Positions 15,225 to 29,344 of a DNA stretch of 64,000 nt are shown one piece after another. A program made the translations under genes and the position numbers. The notes under the pieces were generated by a model that saw nothing but the letters and a program-made list of their open reading frames with translations, was not told where the DNA came from and ran no database searches. Where the stretch lies: assembly GCA_964016885.1 (NCBI GenBank), contig OZ024742.1:9920001-9984000 (forward strand), in the 5' to 3' direction. How positions within the stretch are numbered: the stretch's first letter is position 1; the number at the start of each line of letters is the position of its first letter. The stretch comes from Eledone cirrhosa. Lineage: Eukaryota.

Positions 15225-16204
15225 CTAAAACACCTCCATATGTAGAATTGTCTGTACTAGAATCAGATAAGATATTGAAACTGGTGTAATGATGAAGACA
15301 AATATTCTAAATTCTTCTATCGAATGAGGAAAGTTCCATTATTTTATTTTGAGTTAGTACGGTAATATCTAATATCTTGCTAAAATAGACAACAAAACAT
15401 TGCTAGTGTAAGATGTATATCATCTCAATCATACGAATCTAAATATTTTATAATATCGAGAAAAAAAATAATAGGTAAACATTACATTTGCCTTAGGTAA
15501 AGCATTAATTCGTATTATTTTATATTTATAATTTAAGAATAAGATATGTGTAACTAAATCATCATACATGGAATAACGGTGTTATTTTTTATCTCAAGAA
15601 GCCTCTATATTCAGTTTGAAGAATCTAATGATTTAAAGAATTTCAATTCGAATAGATATAACATAGGAAGAATTTGGTGGAGTAAGAGGCTGGAATCTGT
15701 TTAATGCAGAGACACATCAATAAGTTCTGTTGCTATTTATCACACATGGAGAATAATGGTTACGGTGGCTAATTAATTAACTTCTTTATATATATATATA
15801 CATACAGAGAGGGAGGAGAGGAAGAGAGTGAGATGAGGAGGAGACAGGGAGGGGGGAGATAGAGAGTGGGGAAGACAGAGACAGAGAGAGAGAAAGAGAA
15901 ATAAAATATATAAAGAGAAAAAGAAACGGAAAAGGGAGGGAATGACACGGACTCTAGTGTCACAGAAGAATGAGAGGGGAGGGGAATTTGATTGGGCTCT
16001 GGGCCTAGGGCGCGGTGTAATGGGGCCCCACGGACAAGACCGCAAAAGCATATATATAAAATTATATTGAATATGAAGACTGTTGTGATGATGAGATGCT
16101 ATTAAAAAAGGAACGATCGACTTTCGTCAAATCGGACCGAGGAAACAATGTTTCCATTGATATTTCCAGTTAATAATACTATCTATCGGTCGCAACTCCA
16201 GGTA

Positions 16205-16325
16205 GAAGAGGCAACATGAAATAAAGTGTCTTGCTTAAGGACATAACACATCGCCCGGTTCGGGAATGGAACTCACAACCTCACGATTGTGAATCCAATT
16301 CTTGAAACCACTCAGCCACGCGCCT
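16205..16325 (-). mobile_element. tRNA-derived SINE, CORE-like family (5' part)
   Basis: Minus strand reads GGCGCGTGGCTGAGTGG (A box) ... GAGTTCCATTCC (B box) ... GTCCTTAAGCAAGACACTTT (CORE-like). Related copies at about 31215, 31790, 40525 and 61345. Confidence 0.75.
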
Positions 16326-16334
16326 TTAGCTATT

Positions 16335-16449
16335 AAATAGCTTATAAAATAGGGTGGCAACACTTAAAAGACGGAAAAAGAAGTTGATACCGGAATACAA
16401 CTTCTTTTTCCGTCTTTTAATGGCCACCATCCTATTATATAGGCTATTT
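16335..16449. repeat. Inverted repeat / fold-back
   Basis: TTAAAAGACGGAAAAAGAAGTTG (16364-16386) pairs perfectly with 16398-16420, with imperfect extension outward. Confidence 0.85.
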
Positions 16450-16536
16450 TATATCAACTCATGAACACATCATCATTCTTCATATTAACTTTATCATTTC
16501 AGTGCTTTGTAAAATTCCAAAAGATTAGCTAAGTAT

Positions 16537-16584
<48 letters not shown>

Positions 16585-16590
<6 letters not shown>

Positions 16591-16748
16591 AAAAAGTATG
16601 ACCCCGACGGCAGAGCTCAAGCCGTTTCGACGGCTATTTTCCCTGCCGTCGGGGTCATACTTTTTCCTATTTCCCACTCTACTACCCTAAGTATTGAGTA
16701 CTCTGGTGCGTTATGGTCCATCTGGTTCCTTACCACAATTCCTTTGTT
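16585..16748. mobile_element. Fold-back PLE-type pLTR fragment in (TA)n with the 3' half of a hammerhead
   Basis: 28-bp arms at about 16585-16612 and 16643-16670. Minus strand reads GAAACGGC-ttgagctct-GCCGTC (stem III plus GUC site). Flanked by TA tracts. Confidence 0.6.
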
Positions 16749-19387
16749 ATATACATATATATATATGCACTTAAAATGCTACAACGACTGTAGAACGTGA
16801 ATACGTACGTTTCATTAGCAAGTTATGTAACGCCAACTTCTCACTTCACTGCAGTCTAATGACTGAAACTAGTAACAGGGTAAACAATTAAGAATACGGA
16901 AACTTACTGCTTATGATTTGTTTGATTTTTAACTGAGATTTGTCAATAATTTAACTCATTCAATATAGTGTTCGACAGAAAAATATTTGGCAAAAGATCC
17001 GCCTTGATTGAGCACACATGGGGATAGCGTATGTCAAGCCGTGACCAAATCTTCGTTTGTTTCAGGAAGTGTGTTTGTCCGATAAAATTTCGCAAAGCGT
17101 CATTCCTGTTTTAAGAAATTACTATGAGAATTTAGCTATGAATTCCAGCACCACACGCAATCACCATCGTTGGCTAATATTGTGCAATACTTGTTTATAG
17201 AGAAAACTATACAGTAGTATCACTGTGCGTTGTTTGGGCATAAAACTAATCCGTGACCGTTACATGTTTCCAACGTTTCAAATCGATCTTTTGAGAATCT
17301 AGAAACAATTGTTGGTTTAACCTGAAAACAGAAGCAGTAATCCTTCTAACGTAGGGTTCTTATCACACAGATGCTGTTGCATTTAACAAACACACACCAA
17401 AACCCTCTCTCATTTACACATATATATATACAAACGCGTGTACACAAAAGGAATCCTCGGAATGCGAGGGAAAAAATTATTGAAACGCAGAAAGACATCT
17501 GCACACATACTTGATAAGAGAAAACCTGGAAGAATCTATTGCATGTATTGTTTAACATCCGAGTGGATATTATTTTTCAATTCATATCGTATGGAACAAA
17601 TGAAATTTGAGAAACTTCCTCATCCATCGTGTACGTCTGATTATCTTTAAATGTGTTTGTTAGATTGTAATTTACTGAAATTCTAATTCAATTGAAAAAT
17701 GTTTCATTCTTTTTAACCATTCTATTGAAACTCAAATATACAAATTTAAGAGTTGTTTCTGTTGTTGCTTCTGTTGCTGTTATTATTATTGACATTATTG
17801 TATCTTTGAAAATAAATTTCGAAACACAGTCGTGATGTAGATGGAAGGAATTTTCTATTCATGAAACACTCATATCTCGTACATATTACAATGAATTTTA
17901 ACATATCATTAACGTAGCGAGGGAAAAAAATAGTTACTTTGCATTTTTTAAATATCTTCTTTACTTTTGTTCTCTTAAAGTAAACTTGAATATTAAATGA
18001 TTGTGATAATATTTTTTAAAATAGAATGACAAGTATATCACATTCAAATATTGTGGAAATTTCCTACACTGCACATGTATTCACACGTATATATATGTGT
18101 ATATTAGGAATGGAATATATATAGAGGAAGATGTATACAAGTAAATACGTAAATACACGTTTATATAATTCTACAGACATTCATACTCTGACATAACGTA
18201 TCCATGAATATTGCAAGTGTTTACAACGTGCGTTACGTGCGTTATATCTGTGTTACAAGGGGTTTATGTATTTCTCTCTCTATATATAATATTGTGTATG
18301 TTTACAACGTGCATTATAGGTGTGTTACAAGGGTCTTATGTATTTCTCTATGTATATATCGTGTGTGTACATGTGCAGGTCTATCTATCTCTTTGTGTAG
18401 GTTTCTTTGTTGATGTGTATCTATTATTTGAAATAATTTGCATTTTGTTATAGCTATACGATTTCAGATGAATGGTGATTTAATATCACACAACTGAAAC
18501 TGATAAATACCATAGATAAATACATAAACGAAAAATAAATATATTTGAATAGCATATTTAAATCCCTTTTCCTAAAAACATTAAATCAATTGTATGAAGA
18601 GAACTAAAATTAATATTTGTGCTGTTCTATTTTTTCTTGTAATTTGCATTGCACCAAAATATAATTCCATGTTTGTTTAAACACAGAGAAAATAAAGAGC
18701 ATACAATCGAACATATAGGTATGGGTGTCATAGAGATTACCATTGTGTGATAATTACCACAGGAATACAGAGGAGATTTATAGGTGGGCTAGATAGGCTT
18801 TAGATACAACTTCGCAAGTTTCCTGTTCAAACCCACCGCACTGAATCATAGTCAAGATTTGATTCACACGACCCGAAGTCGTAATTTTTGAGAGAAAGTG
18901 AATGTTACATATGTAATGGAATACTGATCAGTTTCAAAAAGCAGATACAATGCAGTAGATATATATACACCACAAAGGAGAACAAATGAAACAAAACATA
19001 TAGGCCAGTTAAGGAAGAACACATCAATTGTTTATTTTTGTTTTGAAGCGTTTCTGCTTCACATTTGAAAAGAGGGTACAACCCTGAAATATCATATTGT
19101 AATATACTGGGTAAAACATTACTTTGTTTTATTATATTTGTCATCATTTACCCATTAAATATTTCTACCACATTTTACTAGCTTTCTGAAACTTACCGGT
19201 CATTTATTACACATCACACAATCATACAATTCTTCGCTTTAAACTATACTGTGAAATATATATATATATATATATACTTACGGTAAATATTGATGCAATT
19301 TAATTCAAGCACTCTACGTCTTTATCCACATAGGAATGACAGAATATATTTGGAATAAGAACAGGCGAAACTACTTCGCATTTTCTT

Positions 19388-19470
<83 letters not shown>

Positions 19471-19477
<7 letters not shown>

Positions 19478-19611
19478 TAACAGATTAAAGTTTAAGCAAA
19501 TAATCGCTGCTTTCACCCTTAACGGGATCTGTGATTCTTATACATTTAATATATATTTATCCTTATCGAGCCCTCTTTGGATTTTAGTCTTCACATTTAT
19601 TATTATTACTA
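19471..19611. mobile_element. Rearranged pLTR fragment of mini-PLE family B (see 52493-53185), in (TA)n
   Basis: ATTAAAATAACAGATTAAAGTTTAAGCAAA...GGGATCT is joined to an oppositely oriented TTATCCTTATCGAGCCCTCTTTGGATTTTAGTC piece. Both parts match 52.8-53.2 kb. Confidence 0.8.
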
Positions 19612-19943
19612 TATATATATATATATATAAATGGAAGTACAGCATAGTCGAAGCTCGAGCCGCAGCCAAGCCAACGAATGCTTTCAGCAGTGCAACCAAG
19701 CACTCGACAAGTTATAGACCTCAGAGTAATAACATACAGTTTAAAGGGCTTTGTAAATGGAAGACAGCGACCGGTAATTCAGCCGGGGTCCGTAGCAACG
19801 AAAGAGGTGATTCGTGAGAAAAAATATATACATATATATATATATATATATGCAGAGGTTATATTTAATTTGTTGGGATTCAACAAGCTTAAACATTTTT
19901 ATAACTGATATAAAGCACTCAACAAGTTAGTGGAGTAAATATA

Positions 19944-20268
19944 TAATATATTAATAAATGGAAACTATATTTATAAAACAAAAATTATTTTATTATATAT
20001 ATTTCATGGGCGACCAAGGTAAATTATGGTGCGCTTTCATCAGATAAAATACAGATTTGTTTTATAAATAAATCTTGACATACCCGGAAAAAAGACAACC
20101 TCAACCGTTGAGGTTGTCTTTTTTCCGGGTATGTCAAATTTATTTATAAAACAAATCTGTATATTATCTGATGAAAGCGCACCATAATTTACCTTGGTCG
20201 CCCTTGAAATATATACAATAAAATAATTATGGTTTTATAAATATAGTTTCCATTTATTAATATATTCT
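19944..20268. mobile_element. About 325-bp palindromic insertion with a hammerhead motif in each arm
   Basis: Arms at about 19944-20105 and 20107-20268 with a 1-nt spacer (CCTCAAC-C-GTTGAGG), in a TA-rich context. Confidence 0.85.
19986..20051 (-). ncRNA. Type I hammerhead ribozyme candidate (mirror copy at about 20160-20225, +)
   Basis: tattttat-CTGATGA-aagcgcacca..tggtcgcccat-GAAA-tatat-ATA-ataaaata. Stem I is a perfect 8 bp, stem III is palindromic, stem II is imperfect. Confidence 0.7.
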
Positions 20269-20346
20269 ATATATATATATAGAATATATATTGATTTAAA
20301 ACTGCACTATTCACAAGTGTTGTTTAACCTTCATATCATGTCTTCC

Positions 20347-20417
20347 TATTTTATCTGATGAAAACACAAATGTTATTGCATGATGATATTTGTTTTTGAA
20401 ATGCGCATAATAAGATA
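20347..20417 (+). ncRNA. Type I hammerhead ribozyme candidate
   Basis: tattttat-CTGATGA-aaacacaaatgttatt..atgatatttgttttt-GAAA-tgcgc-ATA-ataagata. Stems I and II form, stem III is the palindrome ATGCGCAT, site is AUA. Second copy at 25025. Confidence 0.8.
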
Positions 20418-20469
20418 CATGGAACTCTTTTAACCATCTTTTGATCTTATATATATATATTATATATAT

Positions 20470-20503
<34 letters not shown>

Positions 20504-20642
20504 ATATATAATAAACGTGGACCATCACTTCGAAAATTTTGCAATATCTCAGTTAGGTTTCTGTAAATCCGAAATCAATAAAATCCGCTTGCATTGTAAG
20601 CAAGTTAAGTTTCTTATATATATATATATATATATATATATA

Positions 20643-20836
20643 CGTTATTCCGGGTTGAATCGGAGGTAACCACAGTAAGTAAGGTACTCAATACATAGCA
20701 GAGTATAATAGTTTTAATATAGAAGAGATTCTACAGGACTAGAACTGTTTCATTCATTAGAAATCATCAGGAATCTGATGATTTCTAATGAATGAAAACA
20801 GTTCTAGTCCTGTAGAATCTCTTCTATATTAAAAAC

Positions 20837-20838
<2 letters not shown>
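20643..20838. mobile_element. Fold-back pLTR fragment in (TA)n, inverted exactly at a hammerhead core
   Basis: Arms at about 20709-20770 and 20775-20838 around TCATCAG-gaat-CTGATGA. Minus strand reads CTGATGA-tttctaatgaat-GAAAC-agttcta-GTC. Confidence 0.75.
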
Positions 20839-20869
<31 letters not shown>

Positions 20870-20879
20870 TATATATATA

Positions 20880-21079
20880 NNNNNNNNNNNNNNNNNNNNN
20901 NNNNNNNNNNNNNNNNNNNNNNNNNNNNNNNNNNNNNNNNNNNNNNNNNNNNNNNNNNNNNNNNNNNNNNNNNNNNNNNNNNNNNNNNNNNNNNNNNNNN
21001 NNNNNNNNNNNNNNNNNNNNNNNNNNNNNNNNNNNNNNNNNNNNNNNNNNNNNNNNNNNNNNNNNNNNNNNNNNNNNNN
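20880..21079. other. Assembly gap (200 N)
   Basis: N run next to a (TA)n tract. Confidence 0.99.
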
Positions 21080-21214
21080 AAACATTTCTCTAATTGGTCT
21101 TTATTTATAATTGGAAATTTCTAAAGCAATTTATCGGAACGTTATTGTTATTATCAAGCATTTGTGTATCATTATGATTAATACTATTCAAATACTTCAA
21201 ATACTTCAAATACA

Positions 21215-21405
21215 AAGCGATGGATTGGCAGTATCAGTAGAGAGTCGGACACCATGCTTTGCAGCAAAGAGGTACGGCCCTTTATGGTCTGAGTTCAAAT
21301 CCCGCCAAGGTTAACTTTGCCTTTCATCCTTACGGGGTCGATAAAATAAAGTACCAGTAATGTACTGGGTAATTGCTGGCCTTGTGCCAAAAGTAGAAAC
21401 AATTA
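21215..21405 (+). mobile_element. tRNA-derived SINE, family 1
   Basis: TGGCAGTATCAGTAG A-box-like, GAGTTCAAATCCCGCC B box, body AACTTTGCCTTTCATCC..ATAAAATAAAGTACCAG..TGGCCTTGTGCC. Near-identical to 29565-29755. Confidence 0.8.
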
Positions 21406-21449
21406 TGATTAATACTATTGTTATTTTGTTTCAGCCGTTTTATTGTTAT

Positions 21450-21617
21450 TGCAGGCTTATGTTACATTGTTGAGCGCTGCTCTATGTGCCTTGGACATGT
21501 GCGGATGCAGGCTTATGTTACATTGTTGAGCGCTGCTCTATGTGCCTTGGACATGTGCGGATGCAGGCTTATGTTACATTGTTGAGCGCTGCTCTATGTG
21601 CCTTGGACATGTGCGGA
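21450..21617. repeat. 56-bp unit x3 perfect tandem repeat
   Basis: TGCAGGCTTATGTTACATTGTTGAGCGCTGCTCTATGTGCCTTGGACATGTGCGGA at 21450, 21506 and 21562. Confidence 0.95.
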
Positions 21618-21679
21618 GGATTGTTTGGAATCATATTTTCTATTCCTTCATTAGTTTTTTATTAGTTTAATTCGAATGT

Positions 21680-21870
21680 AAAGGATGTCGGTCAAATGTT
21701 TATTTGCATAATTGTTACGTCCTTTTACGTTCTGAGTTAAACACCCGCCGTGGTTAGCGTTACATCCTTACGGGGTAGATAAAATAAAGTACCAGTAACG
21801 CGCTGGGGTCGATTTAGTAGACTTTCCGCTCTCCCCAAAATGTTGGTCTTGTGCTCAGATCAGAAATTCC
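21680..21870 (+). mobile_element. SINE family 1, diverged
   Basis: TACGTTCTGAGTTAAACACCCGCCG..CATCCTTACGGGGTAGATAAAATAAAGTACCAG..CTGGGGTCGAT. Confidence 0.7.
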
Positions 21871-21972
21871 AAACTGTGAAATAGCAGAATCTTTAGAGTA
21901 TTGATAAATACGTTGCGACATATGTTCCGGTTTGTTGCATGCTACGTTTATAGAACACTATGGTGTGTGTGT

Positions 21973-22021
<49 letters not shown>

Positions 22022-22810
22022 TGTGCATGTGTGTGTTTGTACCTGTGTGTGTGTGTACAGAGAAGGAGAAAGGCAAAGAATGTGAGAGGTTACCAAACTG
22101 TACTACCATTTATATATTCTTTTGTCTCTTCCTAAAAACTGAATATTACCACTGTTGAAGGTAATAATAAAACTCTTTTCGATGGCTGTTCTCTGTGGTA
22201 GAGGCTTCACCATCTTGTTAGAGCAGCTAAAATATAAAACATCGATTGGAGGTGTAGAATCAGCCATAACTACACCTCCCTTTACTTTTGTTATTTAATT
22301 TTCTGTCTTCTTATTAACTATATCAACAGTCACTTAACTACTGTTACTCATATCAACATAAGCTACACATTTCCAACCAACGTCTTGTATCTTCAAACAA
22401 ACAACTATCAACAACTTCTTTTTTGTCACTACAGACTAACCTATCTTATTTTACCAATCTTATCACAGACTAATTCTTCTACAAATTTTCGTTAGTATCT
22501 TCTTTCCATACTAAAAATAGTAATTTCTTCTCGGTTTCTTTGTTGTAAACAAACACAGATATATACACAGGCACTGGCAGACACGTATTCACATTCATAA
22601 ACCATGCACGCGCCCATGTCACGTGTATACGTGTTGAGGGTATAGGAATATATACACACGTGTTCTTGTAAATATGGATGTACAAGCACGTCATGCGATA
22701 CGATAACATAATCTACATGAATATAAATGTATGCATTCGAGCGGTCAATGATATATATGATATCAAATTTATAGAGGTATATTATTGGTAATTGGTTAGC
22801 ATTATACATA

Positions 22811-23453
<643 letters not shown>

Positions 23454-23742
23454 AGTGTATGTATTAACAAGTAACTCCATGGTATTTTCCATACATTAAT
23501 ATATGAGTATATGGGTGTATAACATTGTTAGTATGTATATATACATGATTATATGCTTGAATAGAAGAAACTGCTTAAACGGCTTGTAAATAAACGTATA
23601 TATATATTTATATACACGCAATTACATTTATTCATTTATAGGTATGTATATGTGCGTGTGTGTGTATATATATGCATGCATGTAGCTATGCATATATATA
23701 TTCACACGCACACACACACACAAACATAAATGTATATATATC

Positions 23743-23805
23743 AAGGGCGGTGCCCCAGCATGGCCTCAGCCGGATGGCTGAAACAGGTAAAAGAGTAAAA
23801 GAGTA
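23743..23805 (+). mobile_element. SINE/LINE 3' tail fragment
   Basis: GGCGGTGCCCCAGCATGGCC..GCTGAAACAGGTAAAAGAGTAAAAGAG, ending in a short tandem tail. Resembles octopus SINE 3' ends as I recall them. Confidence 0.55.
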
Positions 23806-23819
23806 TATGTAATATATAT

Positions 23820-24023
23820 ACATACATACATACATGCATACATACATACATACATACATGCATGCATACATACATACATACATACATACATACATACATG
23901 CATACATACATACATACAGACAGACAGACAGACATACATACATACATACATACATACATACATACATACATACATGCATACATACATACATAGATACATG
24001 CATGCATGCATACATACATACAT

Positions 24024-24094
<71 letters not shown>

Positions 24095-24100
24095 TACATA
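23820..24100. repeat. (CATA)n/(CAGA)n microsatellite
   Basis: Directly visible. Confidence 0.95.
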
Positions 24101-24688
24101 ACTGTGTCTATATGTGTTTCACCACCACATTCACACTAAACACTCCTATATCGAAATTTTAAAAATATATTTAATAAATCCAAACAAACAAGAAAACGAA
24201 TTCCTTCTTCTACAGCAACACAACACACTTGCCTTTCCATTGAATGCTTACCTGACTGTAACTCAACACATCGATATTTCTATGATAATTATGGTATTTA
24301 AGCTAGCTTATATTTCCTGCAAAACTTAATTGTGGCTATTCACCAACGAAATGGCCAATAATTGACTTGTATAGTAACCAAATTGACTACTTATTTATTT
24401 TTAGACCTGTTTTACTGTTTTTTAATATATTTATTTTATTCCAAATTATACTAAATACTTTAATATCTAAACGATAGTCTCGTCTCTTGCTGGATTCTCT
24501 CACCAAGAAATTGAGTCGTGTGAATTAGAAATTTTACTCCGAAAATCTTACTATTTATCCAGATATGTCTACCGTCTTTTCTTTTCCCTGCATACCTACA
24601 CCCATACAATACCAACACGTATACACGTGAATATATGTAGAGAGAGTGAGAGTAAGAGAGATGCATATTTATCAATCTCTCTCTCTCT

Positions 24689-24747
24689 TAGAAAGAAAAC
24701 CTATGTATGAGCTACAGATTATATATATATATAAATACGTATTTATA

Positions 24748-24799
<52 letters not shown>

Positions 24800-24853
24800 A
24801 TACGTATTTATATATATATATAATCTGTAGCTCATACATAGGTTTTCGTTCTA
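24689..24853. repeat. Inverted repeat centred on a (TA)n tract
   Basis: GAAAACCTATGTATGAGCTACAGATTATA..AATACGTATTT is mirrored by AAATACGTATT..TATAATCTGTAGCTCATACATAGGTTTTC. Confidence 0.9.
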
Positions 24854-25024
24854 ATCACCCCACGCGCGCACGTAGGCTTTCTTCCTTCTCAGTCAAAGCT
24901 TGCACACGTGTTAATACCAGTTTAACGACCATTGCACATAACTATATATATATATAAATCTACATATGTAGATTTAACACTTCACTGCTCGCAAGTGTTT
25001 TTTAAGCTTCATTACATGTCTCCC

Positions 25025-25093
25025 TATTTTATCTGATGAGAACGCAAGTATCATCCCATGATGATATTTGTTTTTGAAATGCGCATAATAAAT
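25025..25093 (+). ncRNA. Type I hammerhead ribozyme candidate (same family as 20347) within a TA-flanked insert at about 24955-25226
   Basis: tattttat-CTGATGA-gaacgcaagtatcat..atgatatttgttttt-GAAA-tgcgc-ATA-ataaa. Downstream sequence is shared with the 20347 copy. Confidence 0.8.
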
Positions 25094-25223
25094 TACATGG
25101 AACTCTTTTAACCATCTTTTGATCTTATATTATTTATACTCCAGTCCTATAAACTATAAACTGTTGAGTGCTACTTATCCGATATTTGCATTGCTTTATT
25201 GTGCTACAATAAAACTCACCTCC

Positions 25224-25369
<146 letters not shown>

Positions 25370-25899
25370 TGAATTGTTGACGGACGTGAGAGAAAGTACT
25401 CAATACCGAAGTAAAATAATTATTTAATTGTAGCTGAAACGTAAGGACAGATGAGATATGGTGACTATGGAGGAGTGATGCTAGAGCTGAGAAATATCGC
25501 ATACATTAAATTCAACTCTTCTTATTAACAACTGCATTGTTTCTTTCCAGGGACTATGTTAAAAAATAAACATCATTTGGTCATTTCATGAGAGTATCTT
25601 GGACTGACTGAAATGTTTATCCATCCCTTGTATATTAAGGGACATATGTCCATATATTAAATTAGAGATCTGCGAGTAGAAGCTCTTGTTTATAGAATTA
25701 GCTTCAATAAATACTTTGCTGACATCAGAGGTACGTTAAACATACGATATTTCTGATATATTTGTAATATAATTATTGCATTTATGACTATAATGCCGCT
25801 TTCTCTGATTTTACTTTAATAGCAACTTGGGGTAGTGGCTGGTAAGAATTGGTAGAGTGTCTGCTAAAAGCTTTGATGTATTTATTCCTGGTCTTTTCA

Positions 25900-26100
25900 A
25901 CTGAGGCAACGATTTGGCAGAGACATTAGAAAGGCGGATAAAAGGGTTTTAGTTATTTATTCCAGTTCTTTGAATTGTGGGTTCAAATCCGGCCGAGGTC
26001 ACCTTTGCCTTTCATCTGGGCAAGATCAATAAACGTTAGTACCAATAAAATCGCCTTCCATCCTAAATTGTTGGCCTTGTGCCTAAATTGAAAATCATTA
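25900..26100 (+). mobile_element. SINE family 1, diverged
   Basis: GGGTTCAAATCCGGCCGAGGTCACCTTTGCCTTTCATC..TGGCCTTGTGCC. Confidence 0.7.
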
Positions 26101-26326
26101 TAATTGTAATTCACCTTTTTGTAAGTTGATCTTAGTATTAACGTTGGTTAAGGTTACACACACACACAAATACAGAGAGAGAGAGAGAAATCAATGTATG
26201 TCTCCATGTATGACCATGTAACTCCTGGGGGAATCGCAGGGCACCATATTGACATGTAGCGTTTTAAACCTAACGGATCCCATCCCCTCTCCAATTCAAT
26301 GTACGTATACATGTGTGTATGCATGA

Positions 26327-26366
<40 letters not shown>

Positions 26367-26667
26367 CAGTTCTACGCACACGATAGACAACAGAAGCCAC
26401 GTGTTGTCCCTCTTCGATAAAAAAAACTTTCCCCCTCGGAAAACCCCCAGTTGATGGATGCGAAATCCGAAATATAGGGACAATTAAATCACTTCCAAGG
26501 TAACTCTCTCTCGTGTTATTATTTTTACACTCTTTCCTACGTTCCTCTACACCCTATACATCTCATTCTACATTTCCTCTTACATCTCTCTCATTACCAC
26601 CTGATTCTGTTACCAGGAGATTTACCCATCTGCATTGTTGAGGCTTCCAAAACGACCAATTTTATAT

Positions 26668-26699
26668 TATATATATATATGTGTGTGTGTGTGCGTGTG

Positions 26700-26785
<86 letters not shown>

Positions 26786-26792
26786 TATGTGT

Positions 26793-26873
<81 letters not shown>

Positions 26874-26901
26874 TGTGTGTGTGCGTGTGTGTGCGTGTGT
26901 G
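26668..26901. repeat. (TG)n microsatellite
   Basis: Directly visible. Confidence 0.95.
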
Positions 26902-28894
26902 TTATCTGAAATTACCGACACTTTTATTATAACTGTGATATGCTATTTGAAGGAGGTGTAACTGCTATTTCTAGCAGGGAGAGTGACAAAGAAGATAACT
27001 CACATTGTATTCTACACATCTATTCTATTGGGAATTATATTACACTAAATTTAATTGAAGATTTAATATATTACAAAATGAATTTTACCCGAGTGTTTGT
27101 TTTTACGTGTTTTTCCAGGGACATGTTAAATCGTCTTTACATCTACTATTATTACATTCATCCACTTCTTTGTACTTTGTAGTGACATGATAAAACCTTT
27201 CCATCTCACACGACCAACATTAACTGTTTCAGATCTTCACCAGATAGTTCTCTATCTTTGGGGTGACATGATAATTCGGAGCATAACTGATGCAACGATA
27301 GTAAAATCCGAACGTCAGCCATTTATTTATTACACACAAGATACTCGACATTTCGTGACAGTCAACCAGATTTTAATAAATTTCTAGTTCCTAAGATATT
27401 TTTCGAAAAACCAAAATCAATTTTGAATCGAAATTCCCTTGAATATATTGCAGTAAATACAACTGACTCTATAATTGGATTATATACTGATGGGTTATGT
27501 GTGAGTGTGTATGTGTGTATGTGTATGTTTTATATTCTCATGGACTATATACTGTCTATTCTGGAATTATATATATATTATATTCTGATGGAGTATTTAC
27601 TCACTATTATGCGATTATATATGTATATATGTGTGTGTATGTGTGTATGTAATATATTCTAACAGAAGATATACTGACAATTGTGGGATTATATATATAG
27701 ATGTGTGTTTATATTTGATGGTATGTGTATGTATTAGTCTGTATGTGTGTGTATGTGTTTGTATTTGTGTGTATGTGTATGCAATTTCACACACTGAGGG
27801 TGTCTCTAAAATTTAAGTAAATACTAACCTGATAGTAATTGTCTGAATCGCTTTCATATCGTGAATGCTATAAATCACCGACACATCTACTGAGGAGAAT
27901 AAATTGTATATAGTTTTAAGCGATCCCTGTAGTCACGACAGACTAAAATATTCAGTTTTGCAATGGCCGCTCTCTGCAGGTCTTCAATTGTGATTATCTC
28001 TACCTTATCAGTTAGCTATAGGGAAGTGATATGGTTTAAATAAGAAAGAGTAAAACTCTGCTATAATAGTATAACAATAGTTATTTGAGCAGAATGCTGC
28101 CATAATCCTTTTATTTTCTCGCTGTATTAATTTCGATGATGATGTGAGCCTTCTTATCAAGATTTTAATCAGAAACAGTTACTGGTGTGTAAATAAACTA
28201 GGGTTGAGGCGGTCGACTATACTATTAAAAAAAATGATTATTGTGTTAAGTCAAAAAGAAATTGGTTCTCTATTGCAGCTGAGGCGGTTGAAGGATAGGT
28301 AGTGTTAGATAGAAGTAGCCAAATTATTATTTAAGCGAGGCGCAAACAATAAATAGACAGTTGAATAAAAAAGTTTATTTCGCTTAAAAAATATATGCAT
28401 GTCGCAATTTCCTATCATCCACCTTAACTTCCCATTAAAAGTCGTCATGCTTGTGCAAAAAGTGAAAGGAAAAGAGAAATACAATTATTGATGTGGTTGT
28501 GTAACTATTGATTGAAGGTTTCCTGCGATGTTTTAGGATCCGTATACAACCACCGAGCTAGAATGACCTTCTATATACGAGTATCAGCGAACAGGGTTCA
28601 ACTTTGATCGCGGTATACCTTAGGCGTTTATCCATATGACATATCCCTCCAATATACTGAAGTAGATGGAATACTTTATGCCAAACACTTATAAGTGATT
28701 TCAGTTAGAGAGAGCTCAATCTACTAAAGATATCTTACAAACCTCACCAAAATCACACCCTACATTCGAATCATGCGGTCAGGGGTCACCTCATATCGGT
28801 TAAAAAGTGATACGTTCACTGCAGGAACACATTCAAAATCAACAACTAAAATAATTAGTGTTTTTTAGAGCAATTTGTATATATTAAATACTAG

Positions 28895-29100
28895 AGTGTT
28901 AGATTGGCAGAATTGTTGGCACGTCTGACAAAATTCTTTGTAGCTTTTTTTTTTCAACTATTTGCATACTGATTTCAAATCCTACTGAGGTCAACTTGGT
29001 TATTTATTTTTCCAGAATCAATAAAATAAAGTACCAGTCGCGTACTAGGGTCGAATTTTCTTTCCCTTAAATTACTGGCCTTGTGACCAAATCAAAAATC
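28895..29100 (+). mobile_element. SINE family 1, diverged
   Basis: TTGGCAGAATTGTTGG..TTTCAAATCCTACTGAGGTCAACTT..ATAAAATAAAGTACCAG..TGGCCTTGTG. Confidence 0.7.
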
Positions 29101-29344
29101 ACTTTTCTGAAATAAATTATCGGAGCGTGTGGGTAAATTGAAATTGAAATGTATATATCCCAAACACAGAAAATACCTATAACTATAGTTGATTGTTATA
29201 AATAATAACTAAAGAGGGGGAAATGTGTGGGCAGCAGCCGCTAGGAATAATTAGAATTCGATTCTTCGTAGCAGCTGCTGACCACTTTATTCCGACTACA
29301 GGAGTATTTTACTTGATTTACTATGTTACTATCAATAGCGATCG

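Noticed and set aside
21215-21310. tRNA genes at A/B-box motifs
   Set aside because: No proper cloverleaf, and each is followed by a shared SINE body; these are SINE heads.
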